A DNA stretch of 63,213 nt from Mizuhopecten yessoensis (Eukaryota), in the NCBI RefSeq assembly GCF_002113885.1, contig NW_018480063.1:97709-160921 (forward strand), read 5' to 3'. Shown piece after piece: positions 36,269-47,514 of the stretch. The notes under the pieces are model-generated. The model was not told where the DNA came from, did not search any database, and was given only the letters and a program-made list of their open reading frames with translations. The position numbers and the translations under genes were made by a program. Each line of letters starts with the position of its first letter. Position 1 is the stretch's first letter.

Positions 36269-39200
36269 ATGACTCAGCTGATGGTCTCCTTTGTCTCTAT
36301 TCATCGAATCCCCTTCTCTCCTAATCCAGATGGATTCTTTGATTTTCCTGACTTTTCAGTTGTCTTATTAAGAGCAGGGGTCCCCGACAGGATTAAAGGG
36401 AAAATCTGTTTTGTAGAAGATCATGTATCCATTAATGTTACTTCAGGAGGAACACAATTGAATCAGGGGCAAACTTCCAAAGAACCTCTGACAATCGACC
36501 AATGGACCAATGGGTTCAATACATTTATGGCCATTTATATACTTAAATACTCGGAGAAGGCAGTCAATCTCCTCAAATATTGTTCAACCATAAGAGAAAT
36601 AAAGGTTACACAGCTCGTGGTTGTTGAATATGGTATTTATTTTACTCGAGTAAGTTAATTTTCAAAAGTTATAAAAAGACACGAGCTTTAGCGAGTGTCT
36701 TTCTGTAACTTTTGAAAATTGATGATACGGCCTTAACAAAATCCCTGCTCTTAGGTTTCAAGGAAGGTTTTCGTTTAGGATACGAAGGGTCTCGTAGCAA
36801 CAGGTTAGCGTTGAACCATAAATTTACACGAGACAATCCTGAAATTGTAGAGGAAAAAATAAGCTCATGATTTAAAGTTGGGTAGAATTCAGTGACCTTT
36901 TCAAGAGGTCCCTTTCTCCTTGTTCATCTGTTCTCCTTTAGGTCTTATTCCAAAATCAACAACAGGGAAATACAGATTAATTCATGATCTTTCATATCGA
37001 AAAGAAATTTCTGTTAACTGTCATATTCCAAAAGAAAATTCAGCTGTACAGTGTAATACCATTGACCATGTTATTGAATTAGTCAAAAAGTTTGATAAAG
37101 TCTGTATTATGTCTAAAACAGATATTGAAGATGCATTTCGCATTATTCCCATCCATCCCGATAACCATTGCCTATTATGATTTACCAGGAGCAACCGATT
37201 TTACTACGACTGCTGCCTTCCAATGGTTGCGAGTAGTTCGTGTAAAAAAATTGAAACCTTTAGTTCTTCTCTCTAGTGGATAATGATTCACAAATATGCT
37301 GCTGCAGATGTGTCACATATATTAGATGACTTTTTGAATGTGGGTCCACTTCCTATTTATAGTTTGGGGGTAAATTCAGTTCAAATGGAGTGAAGGCTAC
37401 CGAAAGAAAAACTGAACACATTGTTACACAATATGGCTAAACGACAAAAAGTCACCCTGTGTGAACTTCAGTCACTAATTGTTCTCCGTAATTTCGCCTG
37501 TTCTTGTATTAACCCTGGACGCGCTTTCTTACGAAGGCTTATTGACTTGTCTTTGAAGGCAAAACCCCTTCTCATTACATACGCCTAAACAATGAGGCTA
37601 GAGCGGATATGTTAGCGTGGTCGACATTCCTGGATAGTTTCAACGGGAAGTCTGTCTTTCTTAATGACAAATGGCTTAGTTCCGATTACTTTACCATGTA
37701 TACAGTCTTTGGTATGCAGGTTTTTTTGGCAAAGATTGGTTTGCACATTCATGGACAGATGCTATGGCAGGTTGTCAAATTACTATAAAAGAATTGTTTC
37801 CAATCGTTGTTAATCAAGAGCTAGGGAGGGGGGGNAGCAACAGGGAAATACAGATTAATTCATGATCTTTCATATCGAAAAGGGGCAATTTACAAAACCA
37901 GCGTGTTATATTCAAATCTGACAACCAGGCTGTAGTAGATGTTATCAATAAGCAGTCTTGCCGTGAACCAAATCACAGGAGGCTCATGCACTTGCACCAT
38001 GGCACCCAGAATCCGACAGTTGTCCAAGTCCACCTTCAAGTTCTCTGAGACCGGAGACTTTCCAGCTGTTATCAGCAACGACATCATATAGAACCAAAGT
38101 AGCATATTTGCGTAGTTGGCAGCTAATGCAACAGTTCCTCCAGCACTGTCCAGTAACATTACCCTTGTCAACCACAACTCTGTGCAATTTCATATCGCAT
38201 TTGTTTGTTAACAAATATAGTCCAGCTACAAAAACATCCAATGTGTCAGCAATTAGCTATGTGCACAAATTGATGGTGCTCGATGACCAAACACACTGCT
38301 TTCTTATTCGTAAGATGTTGAAAGGGTGTCAAAATCTGGCTGAGGTTGGTGACACACGATTGCCTTTTACAAAATATATTTTGTATAAGTTTGTCTCAGC
38401 ATTGAATGTAGTGGTTACTGACCCTCAATTAAGGTTCATGCTACGTTCACCCTTTTTAGTAGATTTCCGTGCTTATATGCGACTTAGGGAGTTGGTATGT
38501 AAATCTCAAGCAGACTTAACACGAGTTTTGCAGAGATCAGACATAACATTTTCATTATCTTGACCAAGTCTAGCAGTTGACTTGAAACTCCGTTATTTCA
38601 AAACTAACGCATACGGCCATCCTGTTTCTTTGCACCTTGCAGCAAAACCCCTGTCAGCTATCTACTGCCCAGTCCCTGCACCAAGTTCTGCCAGTCATCA
38701 TCACACTCTGTAGGTCCTTTATTCCAATTACCAAACGGGTCTCCTGTAACATATTCGTATGTAGCACAACGCCTATATTAGCCTATTTCTTTTATCGGCC
38801 TGAACCCGTCTTTATACAAAGGCCATAGCTTCAGGATTGGTTCTGCCACAGAAGCATCAAAACAGAAACACCCTGACAGTGCAATTCAGAGATGGGGTCG
38901 TTTGGACTCAAATGCAGTCCAAAGTTAAAATAGATTAAATGCTTTCCAGTTAGATTAGATAGGTGGAGGTCAGGATTTGCCTGCTCTGCAGAAATTACAG
39001 CAAATGTACAGTGTCTCTACGCAGTGGAATTGGGCTTTGACAACAACCATATTATGTTCACACATTCTGATACTAATACATATTATACAAATAAGTATGT
39101 AAATATTTATGACAGCAATTGCAAATTCATGTCAGCAGGTATCTGCTCTGCTAGCATAATGGATACGTCCTTTGAGTAGTTTTTCATAATCAATGTTTAC

Positions 39201-39420
39201 TACATGTGGTTATTTTTTCATCTCATTCGAGTCATCGGCATTATTACAGCTACTGTTGTGCAGAACAATATTAAGGCCTCATGGCGTTTTCAAGGTGCCA
39301 CCCTTTGGTTATTCATTGATAATATGTAATGTAGTTTATATGTTACATAAAATATGTTGTTGTCAGGTTATCTTGGTAAACATTCGTCATTTAAATAAAT
39401 AACAAGTATCGGACACACAT
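36269..39420 (+). mobile_element. Decayed tyrosine-recombinase retrotransposon (Ngaro/DIRS-like)
   Basis: Gag-like LTIDQWTNGFNTFMAIY. RT fragments GFKEGFRLGY, SPLGLIPK..GKYRLIHDLS, KTDIEDAFRIIP and SHILDDF. An RNase H remnant follows. YR: DTRLP, GHSFRIGSAT...GRLDSNA (38821-38920). Many stops and frameshifts. Confidence 0.85.
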
Positions 39421-40364
39421 CTTTGTTATTCCTTATGATCAAAAAGAGCCAGCTGTGCCTGTGGAACTGATGACTCTCTAGTCTTAGTGGATATTAATGG
39501 ACAACATAAAATTGTGTAGTCAACTGTCTGACCACGTAGGATTTTATCTAGCATGAACCGGTTTCCATCTATATCAACACTCTCTTCTATATGAGTCAAC
39601 GAGAATAATGGATGTTGTAAGACTGATTTCAGTTAGTCCTCATTATTTTAAATCTAAAGTACAATGGTTGCTCTTGATTTTGTTTTCATTTTGTATGATG
39701 ACCACACAGAGTAAGTGAACATTTTAAACATTGTATGCAATTATCTGTTAAATGATTTGAATTCACACTCATCATTCTGAAATGCAATGCAATCGTTATA
39801 TTTAGACATATAAATGAAGTCTTAGATACCATAGAAAGTAAACCTGTCATTCCAATACAAAGTTGATACAGGAAAATACAACAGAGGATGAATTGCACAA
39901 GAGATGATAAACAATAAGATCATTAAATTATCATCACTTTCATCGTTTGTAGATTTGTGTTTTGATTAAGGAAGAAATTACGTTATTTTCTTGCTTGAGA
40001 GACTTCTTCAAAACGAAAACAAAGTGTAAATGAAAATACAATGTTTTATTAAGATATTACCTGTGGTTACAACAAAAACATATTTTCATTAAAAAATTAC
40101 GACATTGCATTATTATAATTAGCACAAATCATCCTTTCGAGGAAATAAGGGGTGACGTTATATGCAGTAAGCGTATTTATTGGGGACGTAGGACACACGT
40201 TCTTCTATAATTATTCAAATGACGCTGTCTGTCTCTATTCCATTCAATATTACAAAAAGAATAGTAAACCACAATAGACCTTTTAGGGCATATTTTGTCT
40301 TGGTCGCATTGATTTTGAGTTTGAATTACGTTTTATTCACAATTCCGTTTTATTATTATGTTAA

Positions 40365-40600
40365 GTTTAGTTTAGTTTAGTATTGTTTAACGTCCTATCA
40401 ACAGCGCGGAACTGATGCCAACTTTATAGTGCTACCTCACTGAAACATACTGCCGAAGACACCCAGCAGGACACCCCACCCAGTCACATTATACTGACAA
40501 CGGGCGAACCAGTCGTCCCACTCCTAAATTGCTGAGCGTTAAGCAGGAGTAGAAACTACCCTTTTTACAGACTTTGGTATATCTCGGGCAGGGGACAGAA
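40365..40600 (-). mobile_element. MetaSINE-like tRNA SINE
   Basis: The reverse complement reads GACTGGTTCGCCCGTTGTCAGTATAATGTGACTGGGTGGGGTGTC...TTTCAGTGAGGTAGCACTATAAAGTTGGC...GGACGTTAAAC, followed by an (ACTAA)n tail. Confidence 0.65.
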
Positions 40601-41816
40601 CCCAAAGCCTTCCTCACAGGGGCGAACNATCTCGGGCAGGGGACAGAACCGAAAGCCTTCCTCACAGGGGCGAACGCTCAACTAAAGGCCATAAGTGAGG
40701 CATTGTCAAGGGAGACATTAGGAAGAAGAAAGTTGTTTAGAAAGAAGAGAAAAGATAAGATCCCAAATTTAGTCGCCTTTTACGATCATGCAATGGGGGC
40801 AGCAGGTACAATTTCTTACGCCCTACCTGCAGGGACTTTTTATTTTTATATTTCATAAATCACTTGTTCATTATTATTTTTCATAAATCACTTATTGATT
40901 AACAATAGCTACCATCTAATGACAATTGACCACTTCAATTCACGTTGATATCTCAACAGATTTACAAGAGCATTATTTACATTTCGTTGGTTTATTTTAA
41001 GGTGACAGGCAAAGAGAAAGCATTGCGTGTAAGGGTCTCTATAAATAGTTTGGTTTGATCTTAACAAAGTTATTATTAACGGCTTTGTAATCTCTATATT
41101 TAGACCTTTGTGAAAATTTTAATATGTAACCTAGGAAACAGTCCTGTTCATACAACAGACTGTCAAGAATGCTTTAGACAAACAAACTTTGTATACGGTG
41201 AAATAACTTCTATCGGTTCATGACTATTTTATAAATGGCGCCAATGCCTTGTCTGCTTTTTAATATTCTGATGCAATATGTTATGATTGTTGATTATAGC
41301 AATGACTTTAAAATATTTAAAATTAAAATAACATGTTTCATAACATTATCATATAAGTTGCTAATAACAATTACACTGCTTATCTAACCCAGAGATATAC
41401 TGCCGTAATTATTTAGTATGTTTAAGTCGTTACTAGTGGTAACTGAAAACGGAGGCATGGGGTATTTTAACAATAGCTGAATGTTACTATGACCTTACTT
41501 CCCATGTTGTCGTTATTATCTAACCACTCAGAGAGTACGTTGATTCGGAAACCCGTGTTGACTTTAGTTAAGGCCTGGTATTTATTTCTTGTGCACTGTA
41601 ATATTATTAGATCAGGATTGAATAAACAGTCAGGGAATTTTGTGATTGTGAATATGATGAAATATGAACCAACAAATGTAACACTGACCGAGGCAAAGCT
41701 GAGCTCAATTGAACATTTTCAGATTAGAGTGCATCCCTTTAATATATGCTTCAACAATAAAAAGTAATAACTTGATTGTTTTGGCGCAGTGTTTCCTGTC
41801 TATCGCAGGTTCCTAA

Positions 41817-42016
41817 ATTGAACAACTCGGCTTAGCAGAAAAAAACAACGAATTTAATTGTACAACCCGGCTTAGTAGAAAAAAACAACGAATTTAATTG
41901 TACAACCCGGCTTAGCAGAAATAATCAACGAATTTAATTGTACAACCCGGCTTAGCAGAAATAATCAACGAATTTGATTGTACAACTCGGCTTAGCAGAA
42001 ATAATCAACGAATTTA
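41817..42016. repeat. 40-bp tandem repeat x 5
   Basis: Unit TACAACCCGGCTTAGCAGAAATAATCAACGAATTTAATTG. Confidence 0.9.
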
Positions 42017-42454
42017 AGATAAGATGTTTAGAAATAGCCAAACATGTGGTACACCGTTGAAATAATTTTTTATCAATCACACATTTTATTAAAGATAAAG
42101 GTTTTTAAAAAGTTCGACATTACATGGTTTGGATGCAAGGTTTTCATGTTATATTGCGGTTTTCAAACGCGCTAGGCCGAACAACCATGCTAACAAATAC
42201 GATATTTCTTATTTCTTATTGCAACAACTGACGAAACATTACACAAACCTTAGAAATATATATGTGTTGGGGATTCCATTAAGGAAGGCTATATTTAGTA
42301 ATTGGATTTTCCTGAGGTTTATCTATACACATGAATACGAGCTTTCTATTTTTAGAAACGATCACGTGTATACGATCTAGTCTATAGGGATTGCGAGTCA
42401 TACATAAAAAAATATAAACTTTATTTATTCAACAATAATTATGAAACAAGTTAT

Positions 42455-42630
42455 TTCAACTTATATTAATCACTCTTGTTTGCCCGGATGTTAGCGCGTG
42501 GGGGGTCTTTGTGTGGGAGGAAACCGGAGTACCCGGAGAAAACCCACATTGTCGGGCAGGTGACCCCAACCTTTTCACGTCCGATCGGGGAATCGAACCC
42601 CGGCCGCCTATCCACTGCACCACCAAACCA
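42455..42630 (-). mobile_element. V-SINE-like tRNA SINE
   Basis: The - strand has an A box GGTGGTGCAGTGGATA, a B box GGTTCGATTCCC and the V-domain hallmark GGGTTTTCTCCGGGTACTCCGGTTTCCTCCCAC. Confidence 0.7.
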
Positions 42631-43286
42631 CCCATGTCATACATGCATCAACAGGTGTAATGAAATGTTTAAGGATCACAACAGACCCATTGATAGTATA
42701 TCATAATATAGTTTCGCCGTTTTGATGGGTAAGTGTAATATTGGTCATTCATATTTATACTTGTGATAAAGATTACTGGGGGTTGTGAATTGTAACGGTT
42801 ACATATATTTGTATAAAACATTTTATACCTGTTAATTTGGTTGTTAACACACTTCTCATTTTGGGGTAATATACAGCATTGTTGTTTGTTACTTAATGTA
42901 ACAGCTTTTTAATATTAACATCTATCCCTATCGTACATAAAAATCCGCAGGTTTTAGCGCGATTCATGTCAAAAGCATTAGATGTTAGCCTCGATACTTC
43001 ACATCTTCTTACAGTATGTAAATATCGGGCTAACTAAGTTACATATAAAGAGTAGATAAAGTTAGCCTTTTTGTTAAAAAGATATATATAAAAAATTGCC
43101 TGAAGAGCCTCAAGATGGGCCGCAGCCTATTTAATGATAATTATTCTCAACAAATGTGACGTGACGAGCACGGTAGGAGAGTTGTCATCAGAATAAAATC
43201 TGTCGTGGAACCTTTTATAGTTTCATCCGGGAAACCGTTACGCTGCAGACGTAAACAACAGTAAATAACATAGGGTTTGTCCGTAG

Positions 43287-43430
43287 CTACTCTGACGGCA
43301 GCGACGGCGGATACGCATAAGTGATTTGCGGATGTGGTTGACTGCCCCCGTGAATGGTTTTCATGTGTCTTAAGAGAACATCTCTACGTGAGAAACTTCT
43401 GTTACACTCTGGGCACGATGTACACTGCAT
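43287..43430 (-). CDS. Short C2H2 zinc-finger ORF (47 aa), probably a truncated Maverick accessory gene
   Basis: Manual translation MQCTSCPECNRSFSRRDVLLRHMKTIHGGS... fits CxxC-x12-HxxxxH. It starts 45 bp after the integrase stop and is below the ORF-track cutoff. Confidence 0.6.
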   Translation of the reverse strand: MQCTSCPECNRSFSRRDVLLRHMKTIHGGSQPHPQITYAYPPSLPSE

Positions 43431-43475
43431 GGCTGCTAAAATGGAAATGAAGACGACTTCTATATGGTGTCCTTT

Positions 43476-44594
43476 TTATAGGTCTTGTATGTCGCTTTCT
43501 TTGAACAAGCTGTTAATTGTTTTCGGGTAACCGAGCCATTTCATGTAGACTTCCTTTATTCCATTTCTCTTGCGTTGTTTCAATACCTTTTCCACCTTAA
43601 ACATGTCGTCTCTTCCCTTTCCCACCTTTTGTAGCTCACTGTTGTTATAAAACGTCCCTTCTATCGGATCTCCGTCGTCGTCTACACTTTTGTAGACATG
43701 TATACCTTGTCGGAGGTATCGCGCTTTAATAGAGAACACTTCTTCTGTCCATTTCTGTTCAGAATCTCGTTGAAACGTGCGTCTGTTACTAGATAACCAT
43801 ACCACATCTCCTATTTTAAACTTGAAAGGTTTTGATAATTTCTTCTTCCTTGAAGTTCTAGCCTTCTTGTGATCTACGTATAAATGTTTCCATACAATTG
43901 CTTGGTTTGACGTATTGATTTCTTCTGGAGATTTCCCATCAAGTGCACTGTGTGGCATTGCATTGTAATTCCGGACGATATCTTGCAAAACATCCAAGTA
44001 ATAATAGGATCTGGTATGCGTGAAATAGCGGTACATGAGTGTTTTCAATGTTCTGATCACCCTTTCGGCATAATTTGCATGCGTAGCGTTATGAGTGACG
44101 TAATGGTCCACCCCTTCTTTATCTAAATATTGCTTCACCCGTCTATTTTTCCATTCACTTCCTGGATCCGATCTCACTTCTCTAGGTTTTCTGCCCTGGT
44201 TAAAAATCGTTTTGAATCCATCGATGATTGTATTGTGAAGGTTGTTTTTAAGAGGAACTACCCATAGGTGGCGTGAAAACACGTCAATGGCGACCAATAC
44301 ATAACGCATCCCATCGTTTTCTTTTCCTATGTTGGATACATCAGCAAGATCCACATCCCATAAAATATCCAGACCCTGAGATATAACTTTCCTAGTCCGA
44401 AACTTGTAACGAAGTGGGCGTTGTAAACTATAGGCGTCAATATCCTGAAGGAAACGACGAATAGCATGAAGGCCGACCTTGTACTTTCCCTCTTTTCCTA
44501 AAAATCTGTAGACTTTCACTGGTCCTGCATAGCTAATAGAACTGTTTAATTCGAAGTAGATGTCTTTTAAATGATCCTTCCAACCCATGATCAA
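43476..44594 (-). CDS. Maverick/Polinton-type rve (c-)integrase with C-terminal chromodomain-like region
   Basis: DDE motifs WDVDLAD, AIDVFSR, RSDPGSEW and AERVIRTLK; KWTEEVF; VEKVLK...YMKWLGYP. Intronless, with TATATAAA about 40 bp upstream. Confidence 0.85.
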   Translation of the reverse strand: MIMGWKDHLKDIYFELNSSISYAGPVKVYRFLGKEGKYKVGLHAIRRFLQDIDAYSLQRPLRYKFRTRKVISQGLDILWDVDLADVSNIGKENDGMRYVLVAIDVFSRHLWVVPLKNNLHNTIIDGFKTIFNQGRKPREVRSDPGSEWKNRRVKQYLDKEGVDHYVTHNATHANYAERVIRTLKTLMYRYFTHTRSYYYLDVLQDIVRNYNAMPHSALDGKSPEEINTSNQAIVWKHLYVDHKKARTSRKKKLSKPFKFKIGDVVWLSSNRRTFQRDSEQKWTEEVFSIKARYLRQGIHVYKSVDDDGDPIEGTFYNNSELQKVGKGRDDMFKVEKVLKQRKRNGIKEVYMKWLGYPKTINSLFKESDIQDL

Positions 44595-44933
44595 GAAATG
44601 AAAAGGGGGTAACTAAATGTGGTTTATATACAGCAGAGAACAGTAACTTTATATACTTCATAAGATCTTGTTTCTTAATTCAACATCGGGTTAAAAATAA
44701 CCTTGGTCCCTCACTACGATATCATAATATGGACAAAACCGTCTGTTCTTAAAATAACCGTGATGATAACGCCGAAACAGGTCACCGGTGATGTCATAGG
44801 AAAGGATATGGCACCGTAAGGCTCCCCTTTTATCTAACCGAGACTATCGCAAGTTTGAACATGTTATTATCTGTTTTTATCTAAAGGAATGTGTGGAGGG
44901 GATCTATCTAAAGGAACGATGCAAGACTGGACA

Positions 44934-44975
44934 TATGGCAAGCCAAGTTGTCATTTATTCATGGAGCAATGTTGA
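44934..44975 (+). mobile_element. Isolated terminus of the IS3EU-like family seen at 21.8 kb
   Basis: TATGGCAAGCCAAGTTGTCATTTATTCATGGAGCAATGT matches the reverse complement of 21832-21871 and is cut by the N at 44976. Confidence 0.6.
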
Positions 44976-47514
44976 NAAAAACCACCACACCGGCCTAAAA
45001 ATAACCTGGTCCCTCACTATGATACCTCACGTCAGTGATCCCTATATATACATATGGGAGGGACCCTATAAGTACTGGAAAACCCCACACCAGCCTAAAA
45101 ATAACCTGGTCACTCAACCCTCACTGGTCCCTCACTGTTTACTATAAATAAAGAAGGAGGGACGGGGTGCTGCAGAACCCCCATTTCCTGTTCATCATAT
45201 ATGGGAATGTTATTTGTGAAAAGAGTTTTACACGATCTGTTAATATTTACATTGCTACAGGATTTATTATTTGTACAATGCGGTCAGAATCTTAATGTAA
45301 GCAAATAAGCAGTTGCACGCACGTCAAAAATCCTCAAATGCTCTGTTTGATTTCAATCCATTGTGTTCGTACGCAAAAAGTGATCAAATCTTTGTACGGT
45401 TGAAACATATATATTTGTTTGTTTTGTGTACTACAGTGAACCATATTTTTTTCATAACGGCTGCCAACAATCGGTTTTGCGTATTCAGGATCAAATTTAC
45501 CTCGGGTGCCTATTTTAGTATTAATCGCTTTATGTTGGCACCTGTTGATCATGTGGACTATTACCATCTAAACCAATTTCCCTATTTGAATTTAATTGCT
45601 TAACACTACCTTCTCGGCAAAAGGCACGTTAGGATATTTTGTAATTTTGAGTGATGCTGTTCAATAAGTTATAAAGGTGAAGGGAGGGGAGTGGTTGGAC
45701 CCCCTAGGGATGGCTAGATTCGGGCTAAGATTCTGTAACATCTCAACCTCGGCTGACGCCTCGGTTAGGCGAGGCGTTACAGAATCTTGGATGTTACAGA
45801 ATCTTAGCCCTGGAATTTAAAGACATTGAGGATTCCTTGATCGTCAAATTAATTATCAAAACATTTTTTTTTGTTACACATTTTTTGTTGATTTTGCAAT
45901 ATGTTTTTTTAAACTGAAAAATATATTTTAATGTGTAGGTTTTTTTTTCACTTTATTTAATATTCATCTATAATTTATTATTTAGCTTGTTTTTCTATAA
46001 TATCGGTTTGGTAAATTACATGTACTTTTCATTTGATATTGATGAAAATCGGAAGTTTATAGCAAAACAAGGTTATTTTTTTTTAAAAGCAGTGTTTACC
46101 AATATAAGAACGTCTCTTTGGCGCTTCGGTAGTGAAAAGAAATCTCGTATGTTTGACAAAATGAAATACTATTTCACTGGGCTTTTTTCATGTGTGTGTT
46201 TATTTTAAGCAAGATAAACTTGTATTAAGCAAATTGAACATTTATGCGTGTTTCTTAATGAGTTATAAAATTCTTACATTTTCCAATATTACTTGTATCC
46301 GGATATTTTGACACCGGTTCATGTCCGACTCCTGCTTTATATAAGACCTAATTTATAACCTACCTACCTAACCTACAGGGGGCGCTAGCGCGCTGTACGT
46401 ATGAACTTTAGCGGGAGTGCTGAATATTACCACAGGCTTCACATTTAGCGGAGGTTAGGAGAGTAAGTTGGAAATGTCCTTGACGTTTGATAACTGATTC
46501 AACTACTTGCAATGATATTTCCGTGGTAACAAAGCCATCGTGATTTCTTTTGTGTCACACTCTAGGCTTGAGAAACTTTGCTGACATCTTTCATTTTCAG
46601 AACGACCTGCGATAGCCAGCATCTTCATACCCTGCCTACTCTCCGCTCTGACGACGACCATCTATCATTCAGAAATCATCCGTCCGTCGTTCAGAGCTAC
46701 GTTATCGCAGCTACCGTAGCCCGAGATTCCTATGGCCCTGACAGTGACACTAATTCCTGTATGAACTCTATCAAAATCAGAGATTTATAACGATGGAGTT
46801 CTACTCCAACAATGTTAGAAGTTTTACACGGCGAAAAATATTTGACAGGCGCCGCGTAACCTCTAACTGCCCATAGCTGATTTTCCCGATCCTGACGATC
46901 ACATTTTCAAAGTTCGAATTAAGAAAGAGTTTATCGTGTTTACATACATTTAAATGGTCAAAAGGGTCCAATAGATATTCCTTTCCATAAATCCATGATT
47001 ATTTGAAAAAAATCGTGTCAAAGACATAAATAATGATTTTTTCCTCATTTGAAGCGAAGCAGACAGCATTTCCCATGATTTTCCGGTTAATACAAAAATG
47101 GATTACATGTAATGTTTCACAAGCGGAATACAAACAAACTCCTTATCATTTCGTTCCGTTTGAAATCTCCCTGCTATTTTGTATTAATCCAGGAAGCCAT
47201 GTTTTAAATGTAGGTCAGAGATGTGCTACAACGACATGGACATGTATTTTGAGTTTTCTATTCCGTAATATACTATATATTTATGTCTGTGACATACATA
47301 TGATATCTTTATTATACAAAACGTGAGTAGACATCGTTGTCATGAACTGTTAACCACTTAAGTGAGTTTTTCAAGCCGATTTTGTTCCGCCCGGATATCG
47401 GGCGGAAACTGCATCAAAGAATAAGTGCTTCGGAAATGGGAGGTCGCAGTCGGCAAAATCATATCCGAAAGAATAAAGGCCGACCAGCGGCCTCTCATGT
47501 TATGGGAATAGATG

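Noticed and set aside
37836-37882. Copy of 36959-37003 inside the Ngaro element
   Set aside because: It starts at a single-N join and is probably an assembly artefact.
40580-40676. 48-bp direct repeat and 94-aa ORF
   Set aside because: The duplication straddles an N, consistent with a contig-overlap artefact.
41817-42016. 40-bp repeat as a CRISPR array or iterons
   Set aside because: No spacers; it is a plain tandem repeat.
42560-42630. tRNA gene
   Set aside because: The A/B boxes belong to a SINE head and no full cloverleaf is present.
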